Of a stretch of DNA of 64,000 nt, positions 34,031 to 47,935 are shown one piece after another. The DNA lies in the NCBI RefSeq assembly GCF_009914755.1, contig NC_060947.1, one strand, 5' to 3'. Each line of letters starts with the position of its first letter. Positions within the stretch are counted from its first letter, which is position 1. The DNA is from the human T2T-CHM13v2.0 reference genome, Homo sapiens. Below the pieces are notes generated by a model. It was not told the DNA's origin. It did not search any database and was given only the letters and a program-made list of their open reading frames with translations. A program made the translations under genes and the position numbers.

Positions 34031-35408
34031 CATATTTTGTGCATTAGGTTATTTAAGCTATTTTTTGTTTGTTTGTTTAGAGGAAAAGGTCCTTATCTTT
34101 ATTAAAGAAGCTATGACCCTCCAACTGTTAAGAGCTTGAGCTTTGTTTCCAGATTTACTGCATGCCTCCAGAATGGGTATGCCTAAAGGTGAAGTGATTA
34201 AGGAAATATTGTTTGCTTTCAGTGTGTTATTAAACTGACCAGTTATCTGGGGGCCTCATACTACCATCTAATAACCCATAAATAATTATAAAATTGCCCC
34301 TCAACAATAGCACCCTATATCACCAAAGCATCTGTTTACCTCATCATCAACCTTTATCTGACCTAAAACTTATTGGCACCTAAAACTTTATGGCATTGGA
34401 GGTGATTTGCTTGTTAATCCCTTTTGATTCTATTTGCAATTCTGGGTGTTGATAATTCAGTATTCTGCCTTCCCAGTAGTACTTGAGTTGTAATAGAGAA
34501 CTCTTGGGGATTGACACGCTTTTCCCTCTGATGATAGATTACAGGCACCACTGAGAGTAGGTATAGTGCAGATTTCTAGACAGACATCCAACGATGTTCC
34601 TCCAAACAATCTTGTCTAATGACCAACTCTACCCACATACATAAAAGGCTAGCTTTTCTCACATGGCCTCCCATCCTTGACTCATCCTGTAGTCTGATGC
34701 AAGAACTTCAAAAGATTCTAACTTTAGTTATATATTTTTTTATGGCATAGGGAATAAGGACATTCTCTATTTAGATGTCAGAGCCAAAAATAAAATGTAC
34801 AATGAACTGAGACCTGCCTTAAATGTTGCCAGTGGTGTTGCTTTGATTACCTTACTCTCAATTTTGATGAGACACATAAGCCCGTATTTTCTATTAGAAG
34901 GCAGCTATGAAAAACTATGATTTCTTTTCGCTGTGCATATTTGGACCATTATTTATCTTTATGTTCTATAATCCAGGCAAAATTACATTCTCATTTTCTA
35001 ACTCTGTGTCCAAATCCTCATTAGTATTGTGACTTAAGTAATTAATGTCTGTAACATAAGCGTCCACATCAGAATTAAGCAGTCTTCAGAGAAGTGCTGG
35101 GAAATGCCATGGAAACCACAATGATTCCATTCTTCCTAGAGGCGAGCAAGGTCGGGAGGGTGGGAAGCACTGGCATGCACATATGCTAGTGGATTCAGCA
35201 GGAGCTGTGGTGTGGAGGGGCTGTTTTTGGAGAGGGGCTCTTTAAAAAGGTACAGCTGAGGGTAGAAATATGAAGGTCCAGAAAGTGCGTTGTATGTATG
35301 ACAGACTCTCATAAAGTATGGAAAGCTTTGTTGAGCTCCTGCTCAGGTTAGAAATACGCAAACACTATGGGACCTAATATTGGTTCAGACACAACAGAGT
35401 AAGGATCT

Positions 35409-35978
35409 TGTATTAGTCAGGGTTCCCTAGAGGGACAGAACTACAAGTTACATATTACATATATTTATGAAAGGGAGTTTATTAAGGAGAACTGACTGAC
35501 TCACACCATCACAAGATAGAGTCCCATGATAGGCTGTCTGCAAGTTGAGGAACAAGGAAGCCAGTGGTGGATCAGTCTGAGTCCCAAAACCTCAAAAGTA
35601 CGGAAGCCGACAGTGCAGCCTTTAGCCTGTGGCCAAAGGCCCAAGAGCCCCTGGCAAACCACTGGTGTGAGCCCAAGAGTCCAAAAGCTGAAGACTTGGA
35701 GTCTGATGTTCGAAGGCAGGAAACATCTAGCACAGGAGAAAGATGAAGACCGGAAGACTCAGCAAGTTGGCTCTTCCATCTTCTCCTGCCTGCTTTATTC
35801 TAGCCGTGCTGGCAGCTGATTAGATGATGTGCCTAGCCAGATTGAGGGTGGGTCTGCCTCTCCCAGTCCACTGACTCAAATGTTAATCTCTTTTGGCAAC
35901 ACCCTCATAGACATACCCAGGAACAATACTTTGCATCCTTCAATCCAATCAAGTTGACACTCAATATTAACCATTACA
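35409..35978 (-). mobile_element. MLT2A-type (HERV-L) solo LTR
   Basis: TG...CA ends, 5-bp TSD gatct (35404-35408, 35979-35983); minus strand begins TGTAATGGTTAATATTGAGTGTCAACTTGATTGGATTGAAGGATGC. Confidence 0.9.
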
Positions 35979-36634
35979 GATCTTATGCTTGTTTGGAGGA
36001 AAGGAGAGACTTGATCAATGAAATACATGGCAGCTAGCATGACCACTTGTCCTTAACTGTTTACATGACTGGACTAGCAATAGCAACCAGTAGGTTTTCT
36101 TCCATTTAGAGGTAACCTTACATTTCGTTAACATTCATCAGTTTGCTCTTCAGGCAATGGTACAAAGAACAGAATATTGAGAAGATGGCTCAGGGCATTG
36201 TGATCTCCACACTTCCTTTCATCATTTACTGTATCTCCCAGGATCATAGAACAGCCTTTCCAGCTCCATAAGTTTATCATTCTGGGTCTCAGTTTCCTCT
36301 ATAAAATGAGACTGAACCAGACACTTAGACCAAGTATGAGGCTCCTTCTAGCACTATTATAAGTCTGTAACTCAAAATAACGTCCCTCTCCTTCCCAAAC
36401 CACAAAACACTTTCCTGATGAGTAAATAAGAGTGCATTCTTCATGTCCCTTAGGGCTTGAGTCAGCAGAGGAGATTCAGAATTTCAAGGTGCCTGTCTTA
36501 AACTACTTGGATCTTTGAACCCTTTTCTCCTGAATTAAATATACAACTCCTGAGAAGAGGAACCTGATTTTGGAGTAGGTTAGGGAGGTTTGGACTACCT
36601 GTAATTTAAGAGGCAGCGTTAAAACATTCAACAT

Positions 36635-36930
36635 GGCCGGGCAGAGTGGCTCACACCTGCAATCTTAGCACTTGGGAGGCTGAGGAGGGTGTATCACTTT
36701 AGCTCAGGAGTTCAAGACAAGCCTGAGCAACATGGCAAAACCCCATCCCTACAAAAAATACAAAAAAACTAGCTGGGCTTGGTGGCATGTGTTTGTAGTC
36801 CCAGCTACTTAGGGGGCTGAGGCAGGAGGATAGCTTGAGCCCAGGAAGTCGAGGCTGTAGTGAGCCAAGATCATGCCACTGCACTCCGGCCTTGATGACA
36901 AAGTGAGACTCTGTCTCAAAAAAAGAAAAA
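36635..36930 (+). mobile_element. AluJ
   Basis: J-type segments (gcttgagcccaggaagtcgaggctg); TSD attcaacat. Confidence 0.92.
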
Positions 36931-39900
36931 TTCAACATATAGTTTACACAATGACAAATACTCAGTATCAAGTGCCCTGAGAAACTTCCCAGTCGTAAAC
37001 TAGATCATTTGTACCCTCTGATTCAATCACCAGGAATATCTGTGAACTATTATTTTAGAATATGTTCATGAAACATAGGTTTATATACTTTTAGACAATT
37101 ACACAAAGATGGTTGGCTGGGAAAATAATTGACTGAATATGTAGACTAAAGGAATCATGTGGTAGATTTGAGCCAGCAGAGTTGAAGAGCTAGTCTGCTA
37201 TTATTACTCATCACCTGAACTTTCTCATGGCAGAAAGCCAAAGGAAAACCAGAGGTTCTGGTGAGGGTGCTCAACTTACATTAATGTGGGCTTCTACCTG
37301 GTCCACACTGCTGCTTTGAAAGGCTCCCTGGATGACATTAATACCAAAATAAACATGCATAATGTCACCATGGCTCTTATGAAACATATGAATTACTTTA
37401 GTTCATTCTCACAGCACATAATCCAAAGGAAAAGGTACTTTATTTTAAAATGGAAAAAAAAATGTGTCCATCTGCGTATCTCAGCAGTCTCTCCAACAAG
37501 TTTCTTCTCGCTTGTGGTGTTTAAAATTACAAACCAACATCTGTATCAAAGAGGATACGATATTTATCATTGGACAGTCATTAAAAGATTATTAAGTACG
37601 TATATTAATACAATTATGTGAAGTTCCACATGAGATATACTCTCAGAGCAAAGCCATCTCATTTCTGATTGATTGGTTATTTCAAATGACAATAAAATAA
37701 AGGTTTTATTTGATGTTTCATTTTAGTATGGATATTTTGCTAAACTTGAGCAGTCAGATGAAGGATAGAAAGCAAAAAGTATGCTAGGGGATTAAAGACA
37801 GAATTCTATTGGGGTGGGACAAATGTCAGTTCTGAGGGTCAGGAATACTTGGATTCAAATCCAATTTTACTAAATGACCATAAAAAGTCATTTAACCTTT
37901 CTTTGACCTGCAGTTTTTCTCAGTTCCAGATTCACAATAAATGTTCAATGAATGTCTTATTATCCCTGAGTTGGCTGTAGGATAAAAGGGAGGAAGTAAG
38001 GGCGACAACGCCCCTTACCTTCCTTAACACATACGTATGGACATACTTGTACCATTCAGGCTCCACTCACTTTCCACACTTAGTCCAAAGCAGATGGATA
38101 CTCTCCTTGCCTTGAGTTTCCTCTTTTTGGGAGACATGTAGCTCATAACAGAGGTGACAGTTGCATCTACTTTCAGATAATAGTTTAGCTGATGCTGTTC
38201 CTCCCCTTTAGCTGCTTGTTAAAAGTAAACTGAGGAATTATGCTTGGTTTCAAAGTGTTATCCAGTCAAGGATGGACCATCCTATCAACTGACCAGAACT
38301 CCATTCTCTCTCCAAACTTTGCCACCAGAAACAGTGGTCAGTAAGTCTCCATCAGTTACCACAGTGGAAGTCTTTTTAACGCAGCAAAATATCAGCCAGG
38401 TAACACAATTTTGCCCTCAGTTGTCAACAGGTACAAGGTTACTTTGGTTTTCTCAAAACGGTATCTGCAGTTCATAAGCATGCTTACACGTGTTCTCTTC
38501 CCCTTTTTTTTTAAAGTAAAATGAACTCAAAACATTTTAAAGATTGCTACACTGTACAGTAACTTTCTCCCTTTCTTCACCTCAGTGCCACGATTAAATA
38601 GCTGTAATACTAGACGCATAGTAACAATGAAAAAGGCAGTTCTCATTATTTCAATGTGCAGGCTACATTTTACCTTCACCAATGTTTGGATATATAAATA
38701 CTAGATGTGAAATGACTTTGAAATGTAAAATGTAACTAAGATGTGGGGGAGTATTGATTATTTAAATCTTTGGTAATTTGAGTTCCTTCCTCTGATGGTG
38801 TTCAATTTATCCCTCTTCTATTCAACACCTTCAAAACATTTTCATCCAGGAAATATCAAAGCATTTGGGAAAATTTTAGCTGCAGATTTATCAGTTGCTC
38901 TCCAAGTTGAATCCAATCCACATTTGGACTTAATTAACATGGGCCAACCATATGTGTGCACACTTTCTGAAAGGACCACACACAGATGGGAACAGATATT
39001 GTATTTTTGTCCTTCCCAGCTACTATTGCTCAGTGCATATGGGTATTTTTTATGATGCCTTTATAATATTTGGTAAACATGGACCTTCCTACTCAGCCAC
39101 TGGGATTTTAGTCAGGGGAGAGGAGAATAGCTAATGAGCCAAGCAGTGTTGCCATTTATCTCCTCTACATCCCAAGGTCAACAGGAAAAAAAAAAAAAAA
39201 ACAGCAAAAGTGCTTATTTGGAATTAATAGAGAGGAAAGAGTCTAACCATACAGCTTAGAAACAACCTGGGATTTAGGTCCAGCCTTAGACAATATTGAA
39301 AAAATGATGTGTCTCTGGTGCCCAGCCACACTGTTCTGAGCCCTGTTTTTCATCTAGTTTCATCTTTCCCTTTGATTTTCTTAGTATGACAGTCTGCCCT
39401 TGGAGATATCAATAGGGAATCTGGGAATCTATCAATTTATTTACACAAAGAAGGAAATGAGTAACAGTACTTGAAACACATTTCTCTTCCTAGCTTTGCA
39501 TCTTAATAGTCAAAGAAGCCTTTAGCTAAATGTGTATTTATTTATTATATATAGCAGCTAAGAGTTGGAAGGTGTTTGAGCAAGGATATATTGGGACCTT
39601 TGTGGAACTCCCAACAATTTATACACCATTAATTTTTCAAACTTTGATTAGGTGGAAAGTCTTCCCAGGTGCCAAGCTCAGGGCTGGAGTAGGCAGGACT
39701 CTCTCTATGCATTACATGATGTAAGTTCAAAGTAGCCATTTAATCACAGAGCTTTCAGAAATGGTAAGTTAAAAAATTTCATTCCTTGCCTGCCTAACCA
39801 GACTTGGACCAATTCCTTTTGTTTTCTGTGAATAAAGATCCTCATGTGGGTACCTCAGGTTCAATTCAGGAGCATCAAGTCATGCTTCTCTGATAGACCA

Positions 39901-40781
39901 AAAGGGCCCTCTAAGGATCCAGGTATGTAAGAATAGATAACCTGCTCTACCCGATCACTGTGAGTGCTTATCTGGGCCCCAAGGGAGTAATTAAAGGTCC
40001 TTTACTTGATTCTGTTCACGTGTGTCTGATTCACATCATCAAAAGTATTGTCTAAGTGGGAGAGTTGGAAACAACTTCGAAAAGTTCAATAATAAATTGA
40101 AACTATTAGGATACATATCTGCAATTCTGATATTAAGTTGTGATCTCCTTCAAGAGACACACTGTCTTATTTTAAGTGTCTGGTGCCTGGTGCCCAATAA
40201 ATATTTGCCAAAATATTGCTGAATGGATGTATAATACTAAGTTACAGCCCAGATGCAGTCCTGCTTAACACCAATCCCTCCACAATAGGACCTAGAGCTA
40301 GTCTTCCCATGTACTCTGTTCTTTATGACCAGTACCATGAGATTTCCTAAAATTTTTGTTGTGGTTCATTCAGTGCAGGTTGCAGCCACCTCCCTAACTT
40401 CTTTTGAAATTTCTTGGTGGCCTATTTTCCAGACATCAGAGACAGTAATCTGATATGCTGCCATCGCCCTGAGTAGAGTTCACTGCCTACTTTTGGCCTT
40501 TGCACACTGGCATGTGTTAAAAGGCATGATGGTCTTGGCTTCTTCTCTATCTTACCTAGAAACTGTCCTCCTAACCCTCTTAGCAGCTCTCCCAGTTTCC
40601 TAGCCACATCTACCATATTCTTGGTTGCCAGTGGACTGATTTTGGCTTCACTGCCCTGACTTAACCAGTATACCTCTCCAATGTGACTGAAGCCCATGAT
40701 TAACACCCCCAACTTGTATCATTACCCCTAGTCCAATCACTTAGCAGCCTACTTGAGGCTAACTGTCCTACCCTAATGTCG

Positions 40782-40907
40782 AGAGGCTGAGGGAGGAGAA
40801 TCGCTTGAACTCGGGAGGTGGAGGTTGCTGTGAGCCGAGATCATGCCACTGCACTCCAGCCTGGGTGACAGAGCGAGACTCTGTCTCAAAAAGAAAATAA
40901 TAATAAT
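40782..40907 (+). mobile_element. 5'-truncated Alu right arm
   Basis: gaggctgagggaggagaatcgcttgaa...gactctgtctcaaaaagaaaataataat. Confidence 0.9.
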
Positions 40908-43900
40908 ATTTCCCAAAGGAGTGCTACTGTTACTGAAAAATTATAGACCTCTTTCTTAAAACCTTCTCCTTTTTGTCTATCACATTGACAGAAATCAAAG
41001 TCATCCCTCGGGATATGCTGAAGTAGTACTCCTTAAAGTGTGCTCCAGGAAACCAGCATTGGTGTAACCTGGGCTGCTTTATCAAGAGGGCCTGATAATC
41101 TGCATTCTAACCAAGCCCATAAGACAATGCTTATGCCCACCAGAGACTGAAACCCACTATACTAAAAGATGGTTGATCAGACAACCAGCCTAGCGGTGTT
41201 TTTTATCCCAGTGATTTCCTAATCTTCCCTCCCTCTCTCCATGTGTGGGCTGTATTAATGATGCACTTTTAACTTGACTTCTAACTTGCCCCCAGGCTAA
41301 TTTCACTTAAGGTCTAGGTGGGTTAAGATGACACTCTTGTTTGATACTTGATGCATCCTGTCAAATCTCCCTGACACTAGAATGTCACATGGTTCAGAAA
41401 TTTCAAGGTACAACTGGGAGGAAAGATTCAACGGATCAACATGGTACAGGAAGGCCTTCCTTATGTTCTCAGTGAAAGAGTGAATAGTGTTCTAGGATGT
41501 TGGATGACAAAGCCCTATGGAAGCAATAAATGTCTCACCTATCTGCCCAGATTGCCAAGAAGTTCCTATTTTAAGAAGTGTTACTTGCACTTAAAGTTTT
41601 CATCATATTCAAGAGGGTAAATTTACCTATAAGAGGAAATCCTTCAAGCTGGTTGCCTTCACTTATAGTTTATAATCACAGAGATGTTGAGCAGGATGGG
41701 GATGTTTGCTGGGGGAGGCCCAGAGATTTAGTCAAGATCAAATAGCTCTTTATGGGTAAGCCAGGTCTATCACCCAGGTTTCTGGGTTGCCGGGAGAGGC
41801 TGGAGGAGTTTTTAAAACAACAAGCCATGAGGATTCTGGGTGTCTGAGGAAAAATGAAAGGGGTATCCCTGAGCAGGTACAAGGCAACTAAGGTGTCTAT
41901 GACCAACTCTGCTGGCTTCATAGACAAAAGAGGATAATAAATTGGTAACAGATTATTTTCCTAAGGAGGAAATGTGAAATGTGATAGAGTGGGAAATAAT
42001 AAAGGGAATTTGATGTCGGTTAAAGCTGTATTCAAATCTAACTTCGGTTGCTTAGTGGTTTTATGACTTTGGGAACAAAGCTTAAACTCTGTGAGTTTCA
42101 ATTTGCTTATCTCACAAATGGAGGTAACACTGTCTGCCTTGTGTGATAATACTCAGTGATTATAAAATAATAAGAATGCTTGACCCACAGCAGGTGTTCT
42201 GAGAATTATGATTATTAATACTATTATCACCATCACTTTAATTTTTAGTTTGCCTAAGTATTTTCATCCTAAAGGAGCACCATAGGTTCCAGCCCCCAGA
42301 TGTGTCCATGTGCCACTGAAAGTTTGTGGTGTGCTGCATAAAGAGAGATAAATGTGGTCCCAACAGAGGAACAGCAATACCCCCAAGACTCTCTTGTTCG
42401 TCCTGAAAGACACAGAAACATCCTCTTGTCCTTCCTCTCTGAACAAGAGAAACTATTGTAATCATTAGAATTAACTCTCCAAAAATAGCATGTTGTCAAT
42501 CCTTGCTTTAGGGAAGCAGATCACTCATTAAAATTTGTATTTGTACCTGAAAATTCATCTTCTCTTCAAATGGTATTTTTCCCTCAAGAGTTTCATTGGG
42601 AATGAACTCCGAGTTCTAATTCTAAGTTCCTTATGAACCAGTAGTTGCTTTATGAGTCAAGCAGCCTTCTGTCTGCCATAACATTGTAATGTTAAATGAT
42701 TAATTTACATTCTTCTAGCAATGTGAAAATAGCCCCAGCCATGGCCCTAACTAGTTGACCAAGGTTCCAGGACAAGTCAGCCAGGCTTCCTGGCATTCCT
42801 TTAACTTGATTTGTTTTATCTCTAGTGAGAATCTGCCAGCAACTTAGCGGAGGCACCAGGCAAGCTTTGACAGTCCTGTAATTTAGCAGCATCCTGTGGA
42901 CTCTGATGACTGGCCTCGTCCCTTCTAAATCCTTTAACCTTTCCCATTTCCACAGAATAAAAGCCTGAAATTCTCACACAAATTTTAGGATACTGATTCA
43001 TTAATTTGTTCAATAAATATTTCTTGGATACCTACTCTGGTCTAAGCAGAGACAGGGGTTCAGCCTTCATAAATCTTGCATTGTAGTAGGGAAGAAAAAT
43101 AAATAAAAAATATAAAAATTACAATATTTGATTTAACAACTGTAAAGGTAACTGAAATAGTTTACAGTGTCTGCATCTATCAGTCATTTAAATTTTAAGT
43201 GAGGTATAAACCCAAGAGATGGTTTTATGAGCAAGGTGAACTCAATAGGAAAGTAGTAAGAAAGGGAAAGGGCAGGAAAGGTGAGATTTTGGGAGACGGA
43301 CTTTCTTTGCTTTGTTCTATTCTTTGCCTTTAAAATAGGAATGCTTGCTCAGCCTTCTTACTTTCAGTAAAGAAGCAGGGCCTCTGTGAAGGAACTTTAC
43401 TTCTTCCCTTGTGCAAACAGGAGCAGGGGTGCCCTGAATGCACAGTGGAGGAACGGACAATAATGCTTCAGGAAATGAGTTATTTAACAAAAATCAAAAG
43501 GAAGAGGGGCAGCCTCAGCTCAATGCCTTCATGTGCAATGGCCTTAATATTTCAGATTATCGGGGAAGAGGACAAATCTGACATGCTGGTCAATGTCTGC
43601 CAGTGAGAAGTCTGAGTGTCCAGGCAAGTTCGGAAGACTACTGGCTTCCCGACTAAAATAGTTAATTCTGTGAGACCCACCCAAAGTGGGTGAAAAGCCA
43701 GAGCAAAGGAGATAAAAATTGTTCACATTTTAGTATATTGGTGTATAGACATATCAGCCTTATTTGGTGCAATTTCTGCATGTCTGTACAAAATAATATC
43801 AAGTTCTTTTTTTCCCCCAAACTCATATTTAAAAAATCATAAAATAGCCTTTTTAAATAGCAAATGGGGTGGCACTTTTGTAGATTCTTGTCTGGGAGCA

Positions 43901-44759
43901 TAATGAAATATTCTAGGGTGATGGGAATGCTCTAAATCTGGATCTGAAAGCTTGTTAAATAGGTGAATACAGATGTAAAAAGTAATTGCACTGTATCTTA
44001 AGATTTGTGTTTTTTTACTGTATTTAATGTACACTTCAGTAGAAAAAATGAAAAAGGAAAAAATAAGTAGCGGGAAAAACCTAGATCTTAGGCCTTTAGA
44101 TGCACGGTAGACTGGATGTCATAAATGATGAGCTCTGAGGCTCAGGCAGGGACTTATTAGATCTTTACAATATCTTTCTATTTGCTCATGATTTAACAAA
44201 CTGCGGAACTGTTAACTCTCCTCCTTATTATTGGCACCCACTGGGTTCCAGTACAAAACCTATCTAGAAAGGAAATTAGAAAAACAAAGAAGAAAAAAAA
44301 ACCCACTGAGTTCTCAGCTGAGACAAGATTCAGGGATAGGGTCATGCTTGTTAGGTATTTCTCTCAGTGGGGTCTCCCATGCTGTTAATAGTTTTGGCTC
44401 CCAAAATGCTGAGCCCCTCTAGGATAGTTAGATCTGCCACAAAGGCAGCAATAATTGTGTGTGAGATCTCTGCTTCCTGAAGAAATGTGAAAAGGTCATT
44501 TTGCAAAACAGTCAAATTCAGCAAGCCTATGATTAGGAATATTAAAGTTGGGTTGTTTCCAGTAACAAACCAATATATAGTTGAATTCTGTGACATTCTT
44601 AAAAGAACATGTTCTTTTAAGCTGTGTTCATCTTCATTATTATTATTTTTAATTTCTTTAAACTTTTCAAAACTATAATGAAATTTCCAGATTTTTTGGT
44701 TTTGATTCACTGAAACCAATTATCCATATGCCATCTAATTATTTTCATATAATGAACAT

Positions 44760-45094
44760 TTTTTTAATTTAAATTTTAATTTTTTGAATTGTAAATGGAC
44801 AAATTATAGTTGTTTATGTTTATGGGGCACAAAGTGATGTTATGATTTAAGAATAGAATGTGGAGTTATTAAATCAAGCAAATTAGCATATCCATTCCCT
44901 CAAATACTTATTATTTTTTTATGGTAAGAACACTTGAAATTTACTCTCTTAGCAATTCTGAAATATACAATGCATTATTATTTACTATTTTCACCAAGCT
45001 ATGCAATATATCTCCATGAAAGAAAAATTTATTCCTTCTGTCTAATTGAGGCTTTGTTTCCTTTTGCAGCACTATTCATAATAGACAAGTTATG
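44760..45094 (-). mobile_element. L1MA-like 3' end with a short inverted 5' segment
   Basis: Antisense L1MA 3'UTR to ~45063, then sense ttgcagcactattcataatag; TSD aatgaacat at 44751-44759 and 45095-45103. Confidence 0.8.
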
Positions 45095-46589
45095 AATGAA
45101 CATATTTTTGTATGATGAAAATATTTATTTCTTCTTTGAAAAATAGAAAAAAAATAGATTCTCATTATGGTAATAATAATTTTAAGCTCATGGATCCTTT
45201 TGAATTTTTTTCACCTTTAATAAGGTGTCAGCTTTGTTGTTGTTTTTTTTGTTTGTTTGTTTACTTTTTTTTGGTTCTTATATTCTGTCCTTATTTCAAA
45301 GAGTTCATGGCATTAATCTACACAAAATTGTGTTTTCAAAAAAACAAAGTCTTTATGCTGGGAACCAAAAACTAAATATCTGTATATCTATAGCTATATC
45401 TGTAAATGAACTCCATAATTGACAACAATTTTTCCTGCCTAAAATGTTATTTTTAAGTCAGTTGTTTAGAACTATAAGCCACATTTTTTCCTTTAGAGAC
45501 ATGTTTGGGTTCTCAGAATAGCCCACGGAAGGTAGCTAATTTATTTAGCAATGAATGTGAAATGCTGTAGGTTTGTGGCAAATTTTTAATAATCATGATA
45601 TGATTGTAATAGCAAAAAATTACTGAACGAAATGGAATTTTGTAATTTTACCTTTCAGTTATTGTTTGAAGAAAGGCACAGCTAATTACACAAAGATGGG
45701 AAAGCTGTTATATGAATAGTTTTTATGGACATTTTCAAATAATTTATACTGCTCAATTCAGATAATGCAAGATAAAGAATAAAAACAAAATATGAATCAT
45801 CCCACTAACCAAAAATATAATGGTGTGCTTATTTCCAAGATTTAAAACATGTTTTTACATTGCACTGTTTTATATCTTTCTTTTTCCAGTCATTATATTT
45901 TAATAATTTTGATGATTGTCAGCGTGGATTCTTTGTCTAATCTGACTTCAAATCGCAACCCTTTCCTTTCTTTAAAATACATGTGCTAAATTTTGTTTTG
46001 TTTGCTTTTACTTGAATAGATTGTAAAAATGAAGCAGAGAAAGGAAAAATAAAGGAAGCAGGAAGGCAGAGCAAGAATGAGCATGACAGCAAGGGAGAGT
46101 TTAGGCAACAGTGTGAGAATTCGAGGGGTCTTTGGATATAAAAGGTGTTTGAGATACGATGAACAGAACTTGAAGCAGTCAACTTTAGAAAAATACGGAT
46201 TGTAGTATTAGGATCAAATGAGAATAAGCATCATCTTACCTACCTCATCATTTGGTTGATGACAAAACAAATGTTTAGCAAGTTTAAGGTCTTGTTTGGG
46301 GGAAGAGATAGTTTGAGGCAGTACTAGGAAGGGAACCAAGACTTACTAATTCTCAATCCTAATTTCCTTCCTTGAATCTTGGAGATACAGAAAAATGGGA
46401 GAGCAAGAGGTGTGCATCATTCCCTTAAGGATTAAAAAGGGAAATGGTGGAAATGAGATGGTAGCTCAACGAATATCCTGATATAAGGATCAGCCAGAGC
46501 TGACTGGAGTTCAAAAAAGTTAAGGAAAGAGGAAAGTGGAGCAGAGTAACCCCTTCTGGGTGCAGAGAGCTGAAGACTATGTACAAACC

Positions 46590-46625
46590 GTTGTTTGTTT
46601 GTTTGTTTGTTTGTTTGTTTGTTTT
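46590..46625 (+). repeat. (GTTT)n microsatellite
   Basis: About 8 tandem GTTT units. Confidence 0.93.
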
Positions 46626-46649
46626 GTAAGATAATGAGTAGTTTGTTTT

Positions 46650-47935
46650 TCCTTTTTTTTTCAATTTTTTTATTTCCATAGGTTTTTGGGAAAAAGGTCC
46701 CATTTGGTTACATGACTTAAGTTCTTTAGTGGTGATTTGTGAGATTTTGGTGCACCCAGCACCTGAGCAGTATACACTGAACCCAATTTGTAATCTTTTA
46801 TCCCTCACCTCCTTCCCACCCTTTCCCCTTGAGTCCCCGAAGTCCACTGTGTCATTCTTATGCCTTTGCATCCTCATAGCTTAGCTCCCACTTATGAGTG
46901 AGAACATGTGATATTTGGTTTTCCATTCCTGAGTTACCTCACTTAGAATAATGGTCTCCAGTCCCATCCAGGTTGCTGTGAATGCCATTAATTCATTCCT
47001 TTTTATGGCTGAGTAGTATTCTATCACATATATGTACCACAGTTTCGTTATCCACTTGTTGATTAATGGGCATTTGGGTTGGTTCCACATTTTTGCAACT
47101 GTGAATTGTACTGCTATAAACGTGTGTGCAAGTATCTTTTTCATATAATAACTTCTTTTTCTCTGGGTAGATACCCAGTAGTGGGATCGCTGGAACAAAT
47201 AATAGTTCTACTTTTCTTTCTTTAAGGGATCTCCACATTGTTTTCCATAGTGGTTGTACTAGTTTACATTCCCTGTAGAAAGGTTCCCTTTTCACCACAT
47301 CCATGCCAACATCTATTTTTTTTTTTTTTTGACTTTTTTGATTACGGTCATTATTGCAGGAGTAAGGTGGTATCGCATTGTGGTTTTGATTTGCATTACC
47401 CTGATCATTAGTGATGTTGAGCATTTTTTCACATCTTTTTTGGCCATTTGTATATCTTCTTTTGAGAATTGTCTATTCATGTCCATAGCCCACTTTTTGA
47501 TGGGATTGTTTGGTTTTTTCTTGCTAATTTGTTTGAGTTTATTGTAGATTCTGGACATTAGTCCTTTGTCAGATGTGTAGATTGTGAAGATTTTCTCCCA
47601 CTCTGTGGGTTGTCTGTTTACTCTGCTGACTGTTCCTTTTGCCATGCAAAATAAACAAAAACATAAAGTAGGGGAAGGACACCCTATTCAACAAATGGTG
47701 CTGGGATAATTGGCAAGCCACATGTAGGAGAATGAAACTGGATCCTCATCTCTCGCCTTATACAAAAATCAATTCAAGATGGATCAAGGACTTAAATCTA
47801 AGACCTAAAACTATAAAAATTCTAGAAGATAACATTGGAAAAAACCCTTCTAGACACTGGCTTAGGCAAGGATTTCATGACCAAGAACCCAAAAACAAAT
47901 GCAATAAAAACAAAGATAATATGTGGGACTTAATG
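46650..47935 (-). mobile_element. L1PB1-like element with a 5' inversion (antisense 46650-~47649, sense ~47650-47935)
   Basis: ORFs 46881 and 47313 (-) and 47732 (+, MKLDPHLSPYTKINSRWIKDLN) are adjacent parts of L1 ORF2 in opposite orientations. Confidence 0.92.

Noticed and set aside
33812-34105. Y/I/C/V-rich ORFs
   Set aside because: Translation of the TA/TG microsatellite.
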